This document shows, in pieces, positions 8,998 to 16,367 of a stretch of 64,000 nucleotides of DNA. The position numbers and the translations under genes were made by a program. Numbering within the stretch: position 1 is the first letter of the stretch; the number at the start of each line of letters is the position of its first letter. A model generated the notes under the pieces. The model was not told where the DNA came from and ran no database searches. It was given only the letters and a program-made list of their open reading frames with translations. The DNA comes from a bacterium (GTDB lineage Bacteria > Actinomycetota > Thermoleophilia > Miltoncostaeales > Miltoncostaeaceae), in the NCBI GenBank assembly GCA_029977205.1, contig JAPOLI010000001.1, positions 35,540-99,539 on the forward strand. Direction: 5' to 3'.

Positions 8998-11228
8998 GGA
9001 GTCGTCGGCGTCGGAGTCGTCGGCGTCGGTGTTGGCGTCGTCGGAGTCGGAGTCGGAGTCGGAGTCGGCGTCGGCGTGGGTGTGGGGGCCGGAGTCGGCG
9101 CGGGCGCGGGTGCCGGCGTGGGTGCCGGCTTTGGTGCGGGCGTCGGAGTGGGCGCGGGCGCGGGCGTGACGGTGGTCGGGTCCGCTGCCGGGTCGGGCTT
9201 CTGCACCTTCGTCGTGGTGCCGGGCTTGGTCGTCTTGGTGGTCTTGGCTGTGCTCGTGCTCTTCGCCGAGCTGACCATGTACGACCCGGCGGACTCGGTG
9301 AAGTCCGACGAGAAGGGGGACCACTCGACCGGGTTCTTCGGGAGCTTCCAGGTGAGGTTGCCGTCCTTGGCCGATGCGACGCGCATGAAGTCGGCCCAGA
9401 TGCGCGCGGGGAACGAGCCGCCCGACACCGTGATGCCGTGCACGCTGGTCATCGAGCGCCGCACGCCGTCGTCATTCGGGTAACCCACCCACACGGCGCA
9501 GACGTAGCGCGGCGTGTAGCCCACGAACCACGCGTCGGTGTAGTCGTCGGTGGTGCCGGTCTTGCCCGCGACGTTGGGCGCGATATTCGCGGCGGTGCCC
9601 GTGCCGCTCGTGACGTTGTCCCGGAGGATGCGCGTGACCTCGTACGCGACGCCGTCATCAAACACGCGCGTGCGCTTGGGCTTGGCGAGGTCGCCCTTCG
9701 GCATTCCCGCTCCGAGGTCGGTCACCGCGATGGGCGTCACGCGGAATCCGCCGTTGGCCAGCGGTGCATATGCGGCGGCCATCTCGAGCGGCGTCACCTC
9801 CCCCGAACCGAGTCCGATGGAGGGCACGACGGGGAGGTCGCTCTGGACGCCCATCTCCTTCGCGATCTCGACGACGCGCTCCGGACCGACATCAAGGGTC
9901 ATCTGGATGTACACGGTGTTGTCCGAGGCCAAGGTCGCTTGGCTGATCGGAACGGCACCCCGGTACGAGTTGGAGTACGTGGCCACCTTGATCGGCCCCC
10001 ACTCGGGGTCGTCGATGTCGATCGGCCGGCTGTCGTAGACGGTGGAATACGGGTTGATGCCGTCCGCGATCGCACGTGTCAGCACGAAGGTCTTGAACGT
10101 GGACCCCGGCTGGCGCTGGGCCTGCGCGGCGTAGTTGAACTGGGCATCGGCGCCGTACTCCTGGTTCGTGGCCATGGCCCTGATGTAGCCGGTGCGCGCA
10201 TCGAGCAGCACCACGGCGGCCGCAGGATCGCCCTCCTGCCCGAGGTTGCGCGCGATGGCCTGCTCGGCTGCGCGCTGCAGCTTCGGATCGATCGTCGTGC
10301 GCACTGCGAAGCCGCCGTTTTGCACGCGGTCATCGCCGTAGCGGTCGACCAGTTCCTTTCGCACGTAGTCGAAGAAGTAGCCCTCGCGCTTGCGCTCGTA
10401 GATCTTTCCGCGCTTCAGCTGCAGGCCGGAGGCCTTCGCCTCATCCGCCTCGGCCTGGGTGATGTAGCCCTGCGTCGCCATCTCCTGCAGCACCGTGTTG
10501 CGGCGGGCCGTGGCGTCCTTCGGGTTCACGAACGGGTTGTAGGCCGACGGTGCCTGGGGAAGTCCCGCGAGCAGGGCGGCCTGCGGGAGGTTGATGGCCC
10601 ATACGGGCTTGTCGAAGAACGTGAGTGCTGCCGCCTGCACGCCCACGGAGTTCTGGCCGTAGAACACGCCATTGAGGTACTTCGCGAGGATCTCGTCCTT
10701 GCTGTAGCGCCGCTCCACCTCCTGCGCGAGGTGGGCCTCCTTGATCTTCTGCGTGAAGTTCCGCGGGGCATCGGGGTCGTAGAGGTTCTTCACGAGCTGC
10801 ATCGTGATCGTGCTTCCGCCTTGGCGGAGCCCGCTGCTGTCGAGGGCGTTGCGCAGCGCCGCCCCGACGACGCGTACCCAGTCCACGCCGTCGTGCTCGT
10901 AGAAGCGCTTGTCCTCGATCGCCACGGTCGCCTCGCGCAGGCTGATGGGAATGCGCGACAGCGGAAGCTCCGTGCGGTTCGTGACGCCCGCGATGTAGCC
11001 GAGCAACTTGCCGTTGCGGTCATAGATGCGCGAGTTCTGCCCGAGGCCCACCGGCTGCATCTCGTCGATATCCGGAAGGTCGGCCGTGACCGACTGGTAG
11101 GTGGTGGCAAAGGCGACGCCCAGCGCGGTGCCGAGGACGACGAGCGTCATGACGATCACGCGACCGAGCCCGATCCGGCCGTGCCGGGCGCGCTCCGTGC
11201 GCCGGCGTCGCAGGCGATCGATCTTCAT
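8994..11228 (-). CDS. Class A penicillin-binding protein (bifunctional transglycosylase/transpeptidase, PBP1A-type) with a Pro/Thr/Ala-rich C-terminal tail
   Basis: GT51 motifs (EDKRFYEHDGVD, GGSTITMQLVKN, RKIKE-like KIKEAHLA), transpeptidase motifs (STFK, SDN (SxN-box equivalent), KTGTT), and an N-terminal membrane anchor. Confidence 0.9.
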   Translation of the reverse strand: MKIDRLRRRRTERARHGRIGLGRVIVMTLVVLGTALGVAFATTYQSVTADLPDIDEMQPVGLGQNSRIYDRNGKLLGYIAGVTNRTELPLSRIPISLREATVAIEDKRFYEHDGVDWVRVVGAALRNALDSSGLRQGGSTITMQLVKNLYDPDAPRNFTQKIKEAHLAQEVERRYSKDEILAKYLNGVFYGQNSVGVQAAALTFFDKPVWAINLPQAALLAGLPQAPSAYNPFVNPKDATARRNTVLQEMATQGYITQAEADEAKASGLQLKRGKIYERKREGYFFDYVRKELVDRYGDDRVQNGGFAVRTTIDPKLQRAAEQAIARNLGQEGDPAAAVVLLDARTGYIRAMATNQEYGADAQFNYAAQAQRQPGSTFKTFVLTRAIADGINPYSTVYDSRPIDIDDPEWGPIKVATYSNSYRGAVPISQATLASDNTVYIQMTLDVGPERVVEIAKEMGVQSDLPVVPSIGLGSGEVTPLEMAAAYAPLANGGFRVTPIAVTDLGAGMPKGDLAKPKRTRVFDDGVAYEVTRILRDNVTSGTGTAANIAPNVAGKTGTTDDYTDAWFVGYTPRYVCAVWVGYPNDDGVRRSMTSVHGITVSGGSFPARIWADFMRVASAKDGNLTWKLPKNPVEWSPFSSDFTESAGSYMVSSAKSTSTAKTTKTTKPGTTTKVQKPDPAADPTTVTPAPAPTPTPAPKPAPTPAPAPAPTPAPTPTPTPTPTPTPTPTTPTPTPTTPTPTTP
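8997..9180. repeat. Imperfect tandem 6-nt (GGNGTC / GGCG(T/C)G-type) repeats that encode the (PT)n/(PA)n tail of the PBP
   Basis: Runs such as cggagtcggagtcggagtcggagtcggcgtcggcgtgggtgtggg are visible in the DNA. The translation is ...PAPTPAPAPAPTPAPTPTPTPTPTPTPTPTTPTPTPTTPTPTTP. Confidence 0.85.
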
Positions 11229-11722
11229 CGGCGGGCTCCTGCGAGCGGCCGGATATCCCAGGCCACGCGGCCGGTGCGGTAGTCGAGGAGCCCGATCACC
11301 TGCACTGGCCCGCCCGTGACGCGTCCGGACACAACCCAGTTGAGCTCATTGGCCGGGCGGGCCACCGCGCGCGCTGGTGCCGGTGCCGTGCCGCCGGTCG
11401 CCACGGGCACGGCCCATTCCGCCGGAATGGTCTTCAGCGACACATCCGATGCCACCGCCGGGGGCCCGGCCCAGACCTGCGTGGCCTGCTGCATCGCGGC
11501 GTCCGGCGTGCCGAGGCGCGCGGTGCGCGACGCGGTGATGGCATCCCAGAGGAACGCCCAGCCCTCGACAGGATTCGCCAGGTACTCGCTGGCAGGTTCC
11601 TCGGCGTACGCGGTGGCCACGAATGAGGGGATCCAGGCCACGAGCACGGCCCCGGCCACCACCAGCGCCACGGCGGCCGGTCCGGGCAGGCGGCGCGTTC
11701 GCTGTGGGGTGTGGGTCGTCAT
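11225..11722 (-). CDS. Membrane-anchored hypothetical protein, translationally coupled to the PBP gene
   Basis: Starts at M81 of ORF 11225..11962 (MTTHTPQRTRRLPGPAAVALVVAGAVLVAW, a signal anchor). Its stop overlaps the PBP start (ATGA). No recognisable family. Confidence 0.5.
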   Translation of the reverse strand: MTTHTPQRTRRLPGPAAVALVVAGAVLVAWIPSFVATAYAEEPASEYLANPVEGWAFLWDAITASRTARLGTPDAAMQQATQVWAGPPAVASDVSLKTIPAEWAVPVATGGTAPAPARAVARPANELNWVVSGRVTGGPVQVIGLLDYRTGRVAWDIRPLAGARR

Positions 11723-11807
11723 GGCGGCGGCAGCGGGCACGGCCGCCGAGTATAGGACCGCCCCGCACGCGGTCCCTTCGCCCCGGTTGCCCCTTACCCT
11801 CCCCCGC

Positions 11808-12488
11808 GTGGCCCGCACACCGGTTGATCTCGTGCTCTTCGATGCCTTCGGCACCCTGCTTGCGATGGAGCCCCCGGCACCGCTGCTGCACGCGGCGCTG
11901 AGCGACGCCGGGTACTCCTTCGCACCCGAGGTGGTGCAGCGGGCGCTGGACCGGGAGATCACCCACTACCGGGCCCGGATGCACATCGCGCGCGACCGGG
12001 CGGGGCTCGATGCGTTGCGCGCCGAATGCGGGGCGGTTCTCGCCGAGGGGCTTGGCGCCGGTGCCCCGCCGGCCCCGGAAGCGACGGCACTCCTCGTGAG
12101 CTCCCTGCGGTTCCGGCTGCATGACGATGCCGTCGTCTGCATGGACACCCTCGCCGCAGATGGCCTGCGGCTGGGCGTGGTGAGCAACTGGGACTGCGCC
12201 CTGCCCGATCACCTCGACGCGTTGGGGGTTGCCGATCGCTTCGTCGTGGTGGCGACCAGTGCCGCCGTCGGCACGGCGAAGCCTGACCCGGCAATCTTCC
12301 ATCACGCCGTCCAGGTCGCGGGCGTGGATCCCGCGCGGGCCGTGCATGTGGGCGACCGCCGGGTCGAGGACTACGACGGCGCCCGTGCGGCCGGGCTGCG
12401 GGCCGTGCTGCTCGATCGTTCCGGGGCACCCGGGCCTCCGGGGACGATCACCACGCTCACCGAGGTTTCTGCGACGATCCGGGGGTGA
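11808..12488 (+). CDS. HAD-superfamily hydrolase (haloacid dehalogenase-like subfamily)
   Basis: GTG at 11808. Motif I is VLFDAFGTL, followed by VVSNWD, GTAKPDPAIF and VGDRRVEDYDGA. The upstream part of ORF 11316..12488 is antisense to the previous gene. Confidence 0.75.
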   Translation: MARTPVDLVLFDAFGTLLAMEPPAPLLHAALSDAGYSFAPEVVQRALDREITHYRARMHIARDRAGLDALRAECGAVLAEGLGAGAPPAPEATALLVSSLRFRLHDDAVVCMDTLAADGLRLGVVSNWDCALPDHLDALGVADRFVVVATSAAVGTAKPDPAIFHHAVQVAGVDPARAVHVGDRRVEDYDGARAAGLRAVLLDRSGAPGPPGTITTLTEVSATIRG

Positions 12489-12547
12489 CGCCGCACCCCG
12501 TGTTCCCTGCCCCCCCGCAGCCGTGACCGTGTCCTCGCCGACCGTGC

Positions 12548-13726
12548 ATGCCACGGATGCGCCCCGATGATCCCATGAGCCCGCGCGCGGTGGTCGCGTC
12601 CCCCGATGGGATTCCGCACGACGGGGTCGCCGAGGCCCGTGGCTGGAGCTTCGAGGCATCGGAGACGGCGCGCCTTCAGACCGTCCATGCACTGGGCGAG
12701 GCAATCCGTGAGTACAGGCCAAGTGCGCTGACGTTCCTCATGGGCGCGGCGATCCTCTTTGTCGCCGGGGCCGTCGTCATCACCGGCTACCTGTGGGAAG
12801 CCGCGCCCATCCCCTTCGTTCTGAGCCTCGTCGCGGCGCTCCTTGCCCTGCTCGGGTTCACGCTCGGCATGGTGACCTCGCGGCCGATGACGCGACCGCG
12901 CACCCTCGATATCGTCGTGGCCGCAGCGGCTACCGCCGTCACGCTGTTCATGTCACGCGACATGGGAGTGGACATCGTCGTGGCCGGGGCGCTGGTCGGG
13001 GTGCTGCTCGGGGTCGCGAGCCTCCCCGGTGGCCCCCTCGACGTACTCGCTGCGGGCAGCGGGTATGCGGGGATGGTCGTCGGGATGGTGCAGCCGGCGA
13101 TCGTGGTGCCAACAGTGGTGCTGATCCTGTCCGGAGCCCTCGCGGGAGCGATCTTCTCCGCGATCGGCTCATCGGTTCTGCCGGGGCTCGGCTCCCGGAT
13201 GGGAACCTCGGGCTTCCTCGCATCCGCCGTGGTCTACGTGACCGCCGATCTCCTGGGCACCGAGCGCCCGGCGCTCGTCCCCGCGATGGGCGGCGGGCTC
13301 CCCCACTGGGCGATCGTGCCGGTCGGGATCGCGGGCGCGCTCGTCACGTGGGTCCTCGTCAACCGTGCGGGAGTGCCATTCGTGCTGGCATCGGGAGCCA
13401 CCAGCCTGCTGGTGGCCGCGGCAATCGTGTGGTCCCTTCCCACTGAACCCGGCACGGCTCTTGCAGTGGCATGGTTTGGCGGGACCTTCGTCGGAGGGTC
13501 CGGTTCGAACCGGCTCCCGACGGCGTTCTGGATCGGTCTCGCGGCGCTCATCTACGGGGCCCTGATGTTGCACTTCCGGGGTCCCCTCGATGCCCACGCG
13601 GGCGTGATCGGGGTCACGGGGGCAATTGCATGCCTCGCCACCGTCGGCATCGAATGGTGCCTTCACGTGGCCGGCGCGCGCCGCTGGTCTGGACGAGAGG
13701 CCGCGACACCTGCTTCGGGTGGCTGA
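12548..13726 (+). CDS. Polytopic Gly/Ala-rich membrane protein, unknown function
   Basis: About 10 hydrophobic segments and high GC3. No motif I can name. The start is uncertain (several in-frame Met residues). Confidence 0.55.
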   Translation: MPRMRPDDPMSPRAVVASPDGIPHDGVAEARGWSFEASETARLQTVHALGEAIREYRPSALTFLMGAAILFVAGAVVITGYLWEAAPIPFVLSLVAALLALLGFTLGMVTSRPMTRPRTLDIVVAAAATAVTLFMSRDMGVDIVVAGALVGVLLGVASLPGGPLDVLAAGSGYAGMVVGMVQPAIVVPTVVLILSGALAGAIFSAIGSSVLPGLGSRMGTSGFLASAVVYVTADLLGTERPALVPAMGGGLPHWAIVPVGIAGALVTWVLVNRAGVPFVLASGATSLLVAAAIVWSLPTEPGTALAVAWFGGTFVGGSGSNRLPTAFWIGLAALIYGALMLHFRGPLDAHAGVIGVTGAIACLATVGIEWCLHVAGARRWSGREAATPASGG

Positions 13727-13758
13727 CACCCTCGGCGCGGGGATGTCCTGCGCGTGGA

Positions 13759-14040
13759 CTAGCGCGAGAGACGCGTGTGGCGGAGCAGCGTGGCGAGCCC
13801 GGTCTCGAGCTCGTCAGCGCACATCGTGCCGTCGGCCTGCTGGCACTGGCGAAGCCTTGCGCCGATGAGGTGAAGCCCCACCTGGTCGAGCGCGGCGGTG
13901 ACCGCCGCGAGCTGCACCAGGACGTCCTCGCACGGGGCATCCTCGTCGATCATGCGCTGCACCCCGCGCAGCTGCCCCTCCGCACGCCGCAGCCGCACCA
14001 GGATCTGGTCGCGGGTTGGTGGCGACGCCGTGGTTCCCAT
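13759..14040 (-). CDS. CsoR/RcnR-family (DUF156) metal- or thiol-sensing transcriptional repressor; has Cys37/Cys66 but Arg at the Cu-ligand His position
   Basis: RLRRAEGQLRGVQRMIDEDAPCEDVLVQLAAVTAALDQVGLHLIGARLRQC aligns with the CsoR core (C36...H61xxxC65 in M. tuberculosis CsoR). Confidence 0.85.
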   Translation of the reverse strand: MGTTASPPTRDQILVRLRRAEGQLRGVQRMIDEDAPCEDVLVQLAAVTAALDQVGLHLIGARLRQCQQADGTMCADELETGLATLLRHTRLSR

Positions 14041-14043
14041 GGC

Positions 14044-14280
14044 CTAGTGGGCCCCGCAGCCACAGCCGCCGTGCGCGCAGCCGCCGCCCGCGCCGGCGGG
14101 ACCACCGGTGGTGGCGCCCGCCATCTGCGTGCTCGATCGCCCGGCCACGAAGCCCGTGATCACCTGCTCGGCGCGCTCACCGCACGCAGGACATGTGCGG
14201 TCCTCGTCGCGCAGGAAGCCCTGCCGGAACGCCTCGAACCCCGCACCGCATGCGCTGCACCGCAGGTCGTAGGTCGGCAT
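14044..14280 (-). CDS. FmdB-family CxxC...CxxC zinc-ribbon protein with a Gly/Cys/His-rich C-terminus
   Basis: MPTYDLRCSACGAGFEAF...RTCPACGERAEQVITG...GGCAHGGCGCGAH. Starts at M60 of ORF 14044..14457. Confidence 0.75.
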   Translation of the reverse strand: MPTYDLRCSACGAGFEAFRQGFLRDEDRTCPACGERAEQVITGFVAGRSSTQMAGATTGGPAGAGGGCAHGGCGCGAH

Positions 14281-14284
14281 GCGG

Positions 14285-14605
14285 TCAGCCGCCCAGCCCG
14301 AGCGCCTGCTCGATGCCGGCGCGCGGCATGGCGCCCACGGCGTTCCGCACGAGCTGTCCGTTCTCGAACAGCCCGATGAAGGGGATGCCCTGGATGCCGT
14401 AGCGCTGAGCGATGTCCGGGGCGTCGTCCACATTGACCTTGCCCACGACGATGTCATCGCGCTCGCCTGCGATCTCGTCGATCACCGGGGCGATCATGCG
14501 GCACGGGCCGCACCACGGCGCCCAGAAGTCGACCACCACCGGCTTCTCGCTCTCGAGCACGAGCCCCTGGAACGTGTCGCTGGTGATCTCGATGACCTCA
14601 CCCAT
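14285..14605 (-). CDS. trxA: Thioredoxin
   Basis: WAPWCGPCR active site, 106 aa, canonical thioredoxin fold sequence. Confidence 0.95.
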   Translation of the reverse strand: MGEVIEITSDTFQGLVLESEKPVVVDFWAPWCGPCRMIAPVIDEIAGERDDIVVGKVNVDDAPDIAQRYGIQGIPFIGLFENGQLVRNAVGAMPRAGIEQALGLGG

Positions 14606-14617
14606 GCTGTCTCCTTG

Positions 14618-15586
14618 TCAGTCGGCGGACGCGCCTGCGCCCGCGTGGTCACCGGCTCCGGCCTCCTGGGCCTCGAGCCATCTCTCCGCGTCGATCGCCG
14701 CCATGCAGCCGCTGCCTGCGGCCGTCACGGCCTGGCGGTAGACGGTGTCCTGGACGTCACCGCACGCGAACACGCCATCGATGTTGGTGTAGGTGCTCTC
14801 GGGCGCGGTGCGCAGGTAGCCCTCGCCATCCATGTCGAGCAGTCCCTCGAACAGCGAGGTGTTGGGCTGGTGCCCGATGGCCACGAACATCGCGGCCGCG
14901 GGGATGACGTCCTCCTCGCCGGTCACGACGTCGCGCACCTGGACGCCGGTGACGACCTCCTCGCCCTCCACGTCTTCCACGACGGCATTCCACCGCACGG
15001 TGATCTTCGGGTTCTCCAGGACGCGGCGGGCCATGATCGCGGAGGCCCGGAACTCATCGCGCCGATGGATGATCGTGACGCTCTCGCACATGCGGGTCAG
15101 GAAGAGGGCCTCCTCCATGGCGGTGTCGCCCCCGCCCACCACGACCACCGGCTTGTCCTTGAAGAAGAAGCCGTCGCATGTGGCACAGGCGCTCACGCCC
15201 CGTCCCATGAGGCGCGTCTCACCCTCGATGCCGAGCCAACGAGCGGAGGCACCCGTGGAGACGATCACGGCGTTCGCCGCGTGCTCGTCGTCGCCCACCC
15301 ACATCCGCAATGGGCGCTCGGAGAAGTCAACGCGGCTGACGTCGGCCGTGATGAACCGGGTGCCGAAGCGTTCGGCCTGCGCACGGAACATCTGCATCAT
15401 CTCGGGCCCCTGGACGCCATCCGGGAAGCCGGGGTAGTTCTCGACATCAGTGGTGATCATGAGCTGGCCACCGGCCCCGTAGCCCTCGATCACGAGTGGC
15501 TCGAGGCCAGCCCGCGCGGCGTAGATCGCGGCGGTGAGCCCCGCCGGCCCGCTGCCGATGATGACCACCTCGTTCACATCCCCCAC
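14618..15586 (-). CDS. trxB: Thioredoxin-disulfide reductase
   Basis: [18 protein letters not shown] motif, CATCDG redox centre, [15 protein letters not shown] motif. GTG start with a GGAGG Shine-Dalgarno sequence. Confidence 0.95.
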   Translation of the reverse strand: MGDVNEVVIIGSGPAGLTAAIYAARAGLEPLVIEGYGAGGQLMITTDVENYPGFPDGVQGPEMMQMFRAQAERFGTRFITADVSRVDFSERPLRMWVGDDEHAANAVIVSTGASARWLGIEGETRLMGRGVSACATCDGFFFKDKPVVVVGGGDTAMEEALFLTRMCESVTIIHRRDEFRASAIMARRVLENPKITVRWNAVVEDVEGEEVVTGVQVRDVVTGEEDVIPAAAMFVAIGHQPNTSLFEGLLDMDGEGYLRTAPESTYTNIDGVFACGDVQDTVYRQAVTAAGSGCMAAIDAERWLEAQEAGAGDHAGAGASAD

Positions 15587-15587
15587 T

Positions 15588-15616
15588 TATACCCCCCTCC
15601 GGTATACCCGAATACC
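15588..15616. promoter_or_regulatory. Candidate operator: TATACC-N7-GGTATA palindrome (15588-15606) enclosing the trxB SD, plus a third ATACC at 15612-15616
   Basis: Plus strand reads ttATACCCCCCTCCGGTATACCCgaATACC, immediately upstream of the trxB GTG (15586). It is an AT-containing island in GC-rich DNA. The architecture resembles CsoR-family operators (TACC/GGTA arms around a G/C tract). Confidence 0.35.
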
Positions 15617-15720
15617 GTACCACGCCCTGTTGCCCCCGCCCCGACAGGGGTGGAACCCGGACGAACCCGCATCGGCGGGCTCACGTCGATCACCAGCGGA
15701 GGCCGGGCGGGACTGTGCCC

Positions 15721-16317
15721 TCATCCCCGCGAGACGGTGAACACCAGCCGGTTACCGGCGCCCCAGGGCCGCCGGGCGGCCGCCCAGTAGGTGCGCTTCT
15801 CCTCCAGCTGGGTGCGGGCGATGCGCCGGGCGTCCTCGAGGGTCACGAAGCCCCACGCAAGGAGCACCCCGATCACGACGCCCTCGGCGGTGCCGCCCCG
15901 CCCGAGGACGGCGACCAGGAACAGCAGGGTGGCACCGGCGGAGATGAACAGCAGCACGGCGACCAGGATGGCGAAGTTCCGCCAGTCCCCGGGGGCAGCC
16001 GCGAGGATCCGGCGTCCTTCCGCGGGCTGGGCATCGGGCAGGCGGATCGAGGGCAGGCCGCCCCTGCGAAGCCACACGCGCAGGAGGGGGAAGAAGATGA
16101 GCCCGGTGATCCCCGTCATCGCCACGAGCGTGCCGAGCCACCACCACGACCACCCGTCCTCGGAGGTGGCCTCGAGGATGATGGACACCGCGACGAGGAC
16201 GGCCGACACGGCGAGCAGCTGCAGGCCATACATGCGCGCGAGGCGCGCGTAGTCCCACAGCAGGTCACGGTCGCCGATGCGCACGGCGGTCGGCGTCTTG
16301 CGGGTCTTCCTGGCCAC
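15721..16317 (-). CDS. Membrane protein, unknown function (4-5 TM)
   Basis: ORF with high GC3 and hydrophobic helices (LLAVSAVLVAVSIILE, WWWLGTLVAMTGITGLIFFPLL, FAILVAVLLFISAGATLLFLVAVL). No family recognised. Confidence 0.5.
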   Translation of the reverse strand: MARKTRKTPTAVRIGDRDLLWDYARLARMYGLQLLAVSAVLVAVSIILEATSEDGWSWWWLGTLVAMTGITGLIFFPLLRVWLRRGGLPSIRLPDAQPAEGRRILAAAPGDWRNFAILVAVLLFISAGATLLFLVAVLGRGGTAEGVVIGVLLAWGFVTLEDARRIARTQLEEKRTYWAAARRPWGAGNRLVFTVSRG

Positions 16318-16340
16318 GGCGGGGAAGGCTAGCCCGCGGG

Positions 16341-16359
16341 ACCCCCCCGGGGTATACCC
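16341..16359. promoter_or_regulatory. Second copy of the C-tract+GGTATACCC motif; overlaps a possible TACCCT -10 box for a leaderless MFS transcript
   Basis: ACCCCCCCGGGGTATACCC matches 16 of 19 positions of 15591-15609 (ACCCCCCTCCGGTATACCC). It contains the 10-bp palindrome GGGTATACCC. TACCCT (16355-16360) lies 7 nt before the GTG at 16368. Confidence 0.3.
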
Positions 16360-16367
16360 TCGGCGAC

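Noticed and set aside
8997-9180. Short tandem repeats considered as a CRISPR array or non-coding microsatellite
   Set aside because: The unit is only 6 nt with no spacers. It lies inside the PBP reading frame and encodes a Pro/Thr/Ala linker. It is not a CRISPR array.
9438-11282. 614-aa + strand ORF opposite the PBP gene
   Set aside because: It is an antisense shadow ORF with an Arg/His/Asp/Val-rich nonsense composition. The minus-strand PBP has complete GT51 and transpeptidase motifs.
14279-15790. 503-aa + strand ORF covering trxA and trxB
   Set aside because: It is antisense to two unambiguous genes and has no recognisable motifs.
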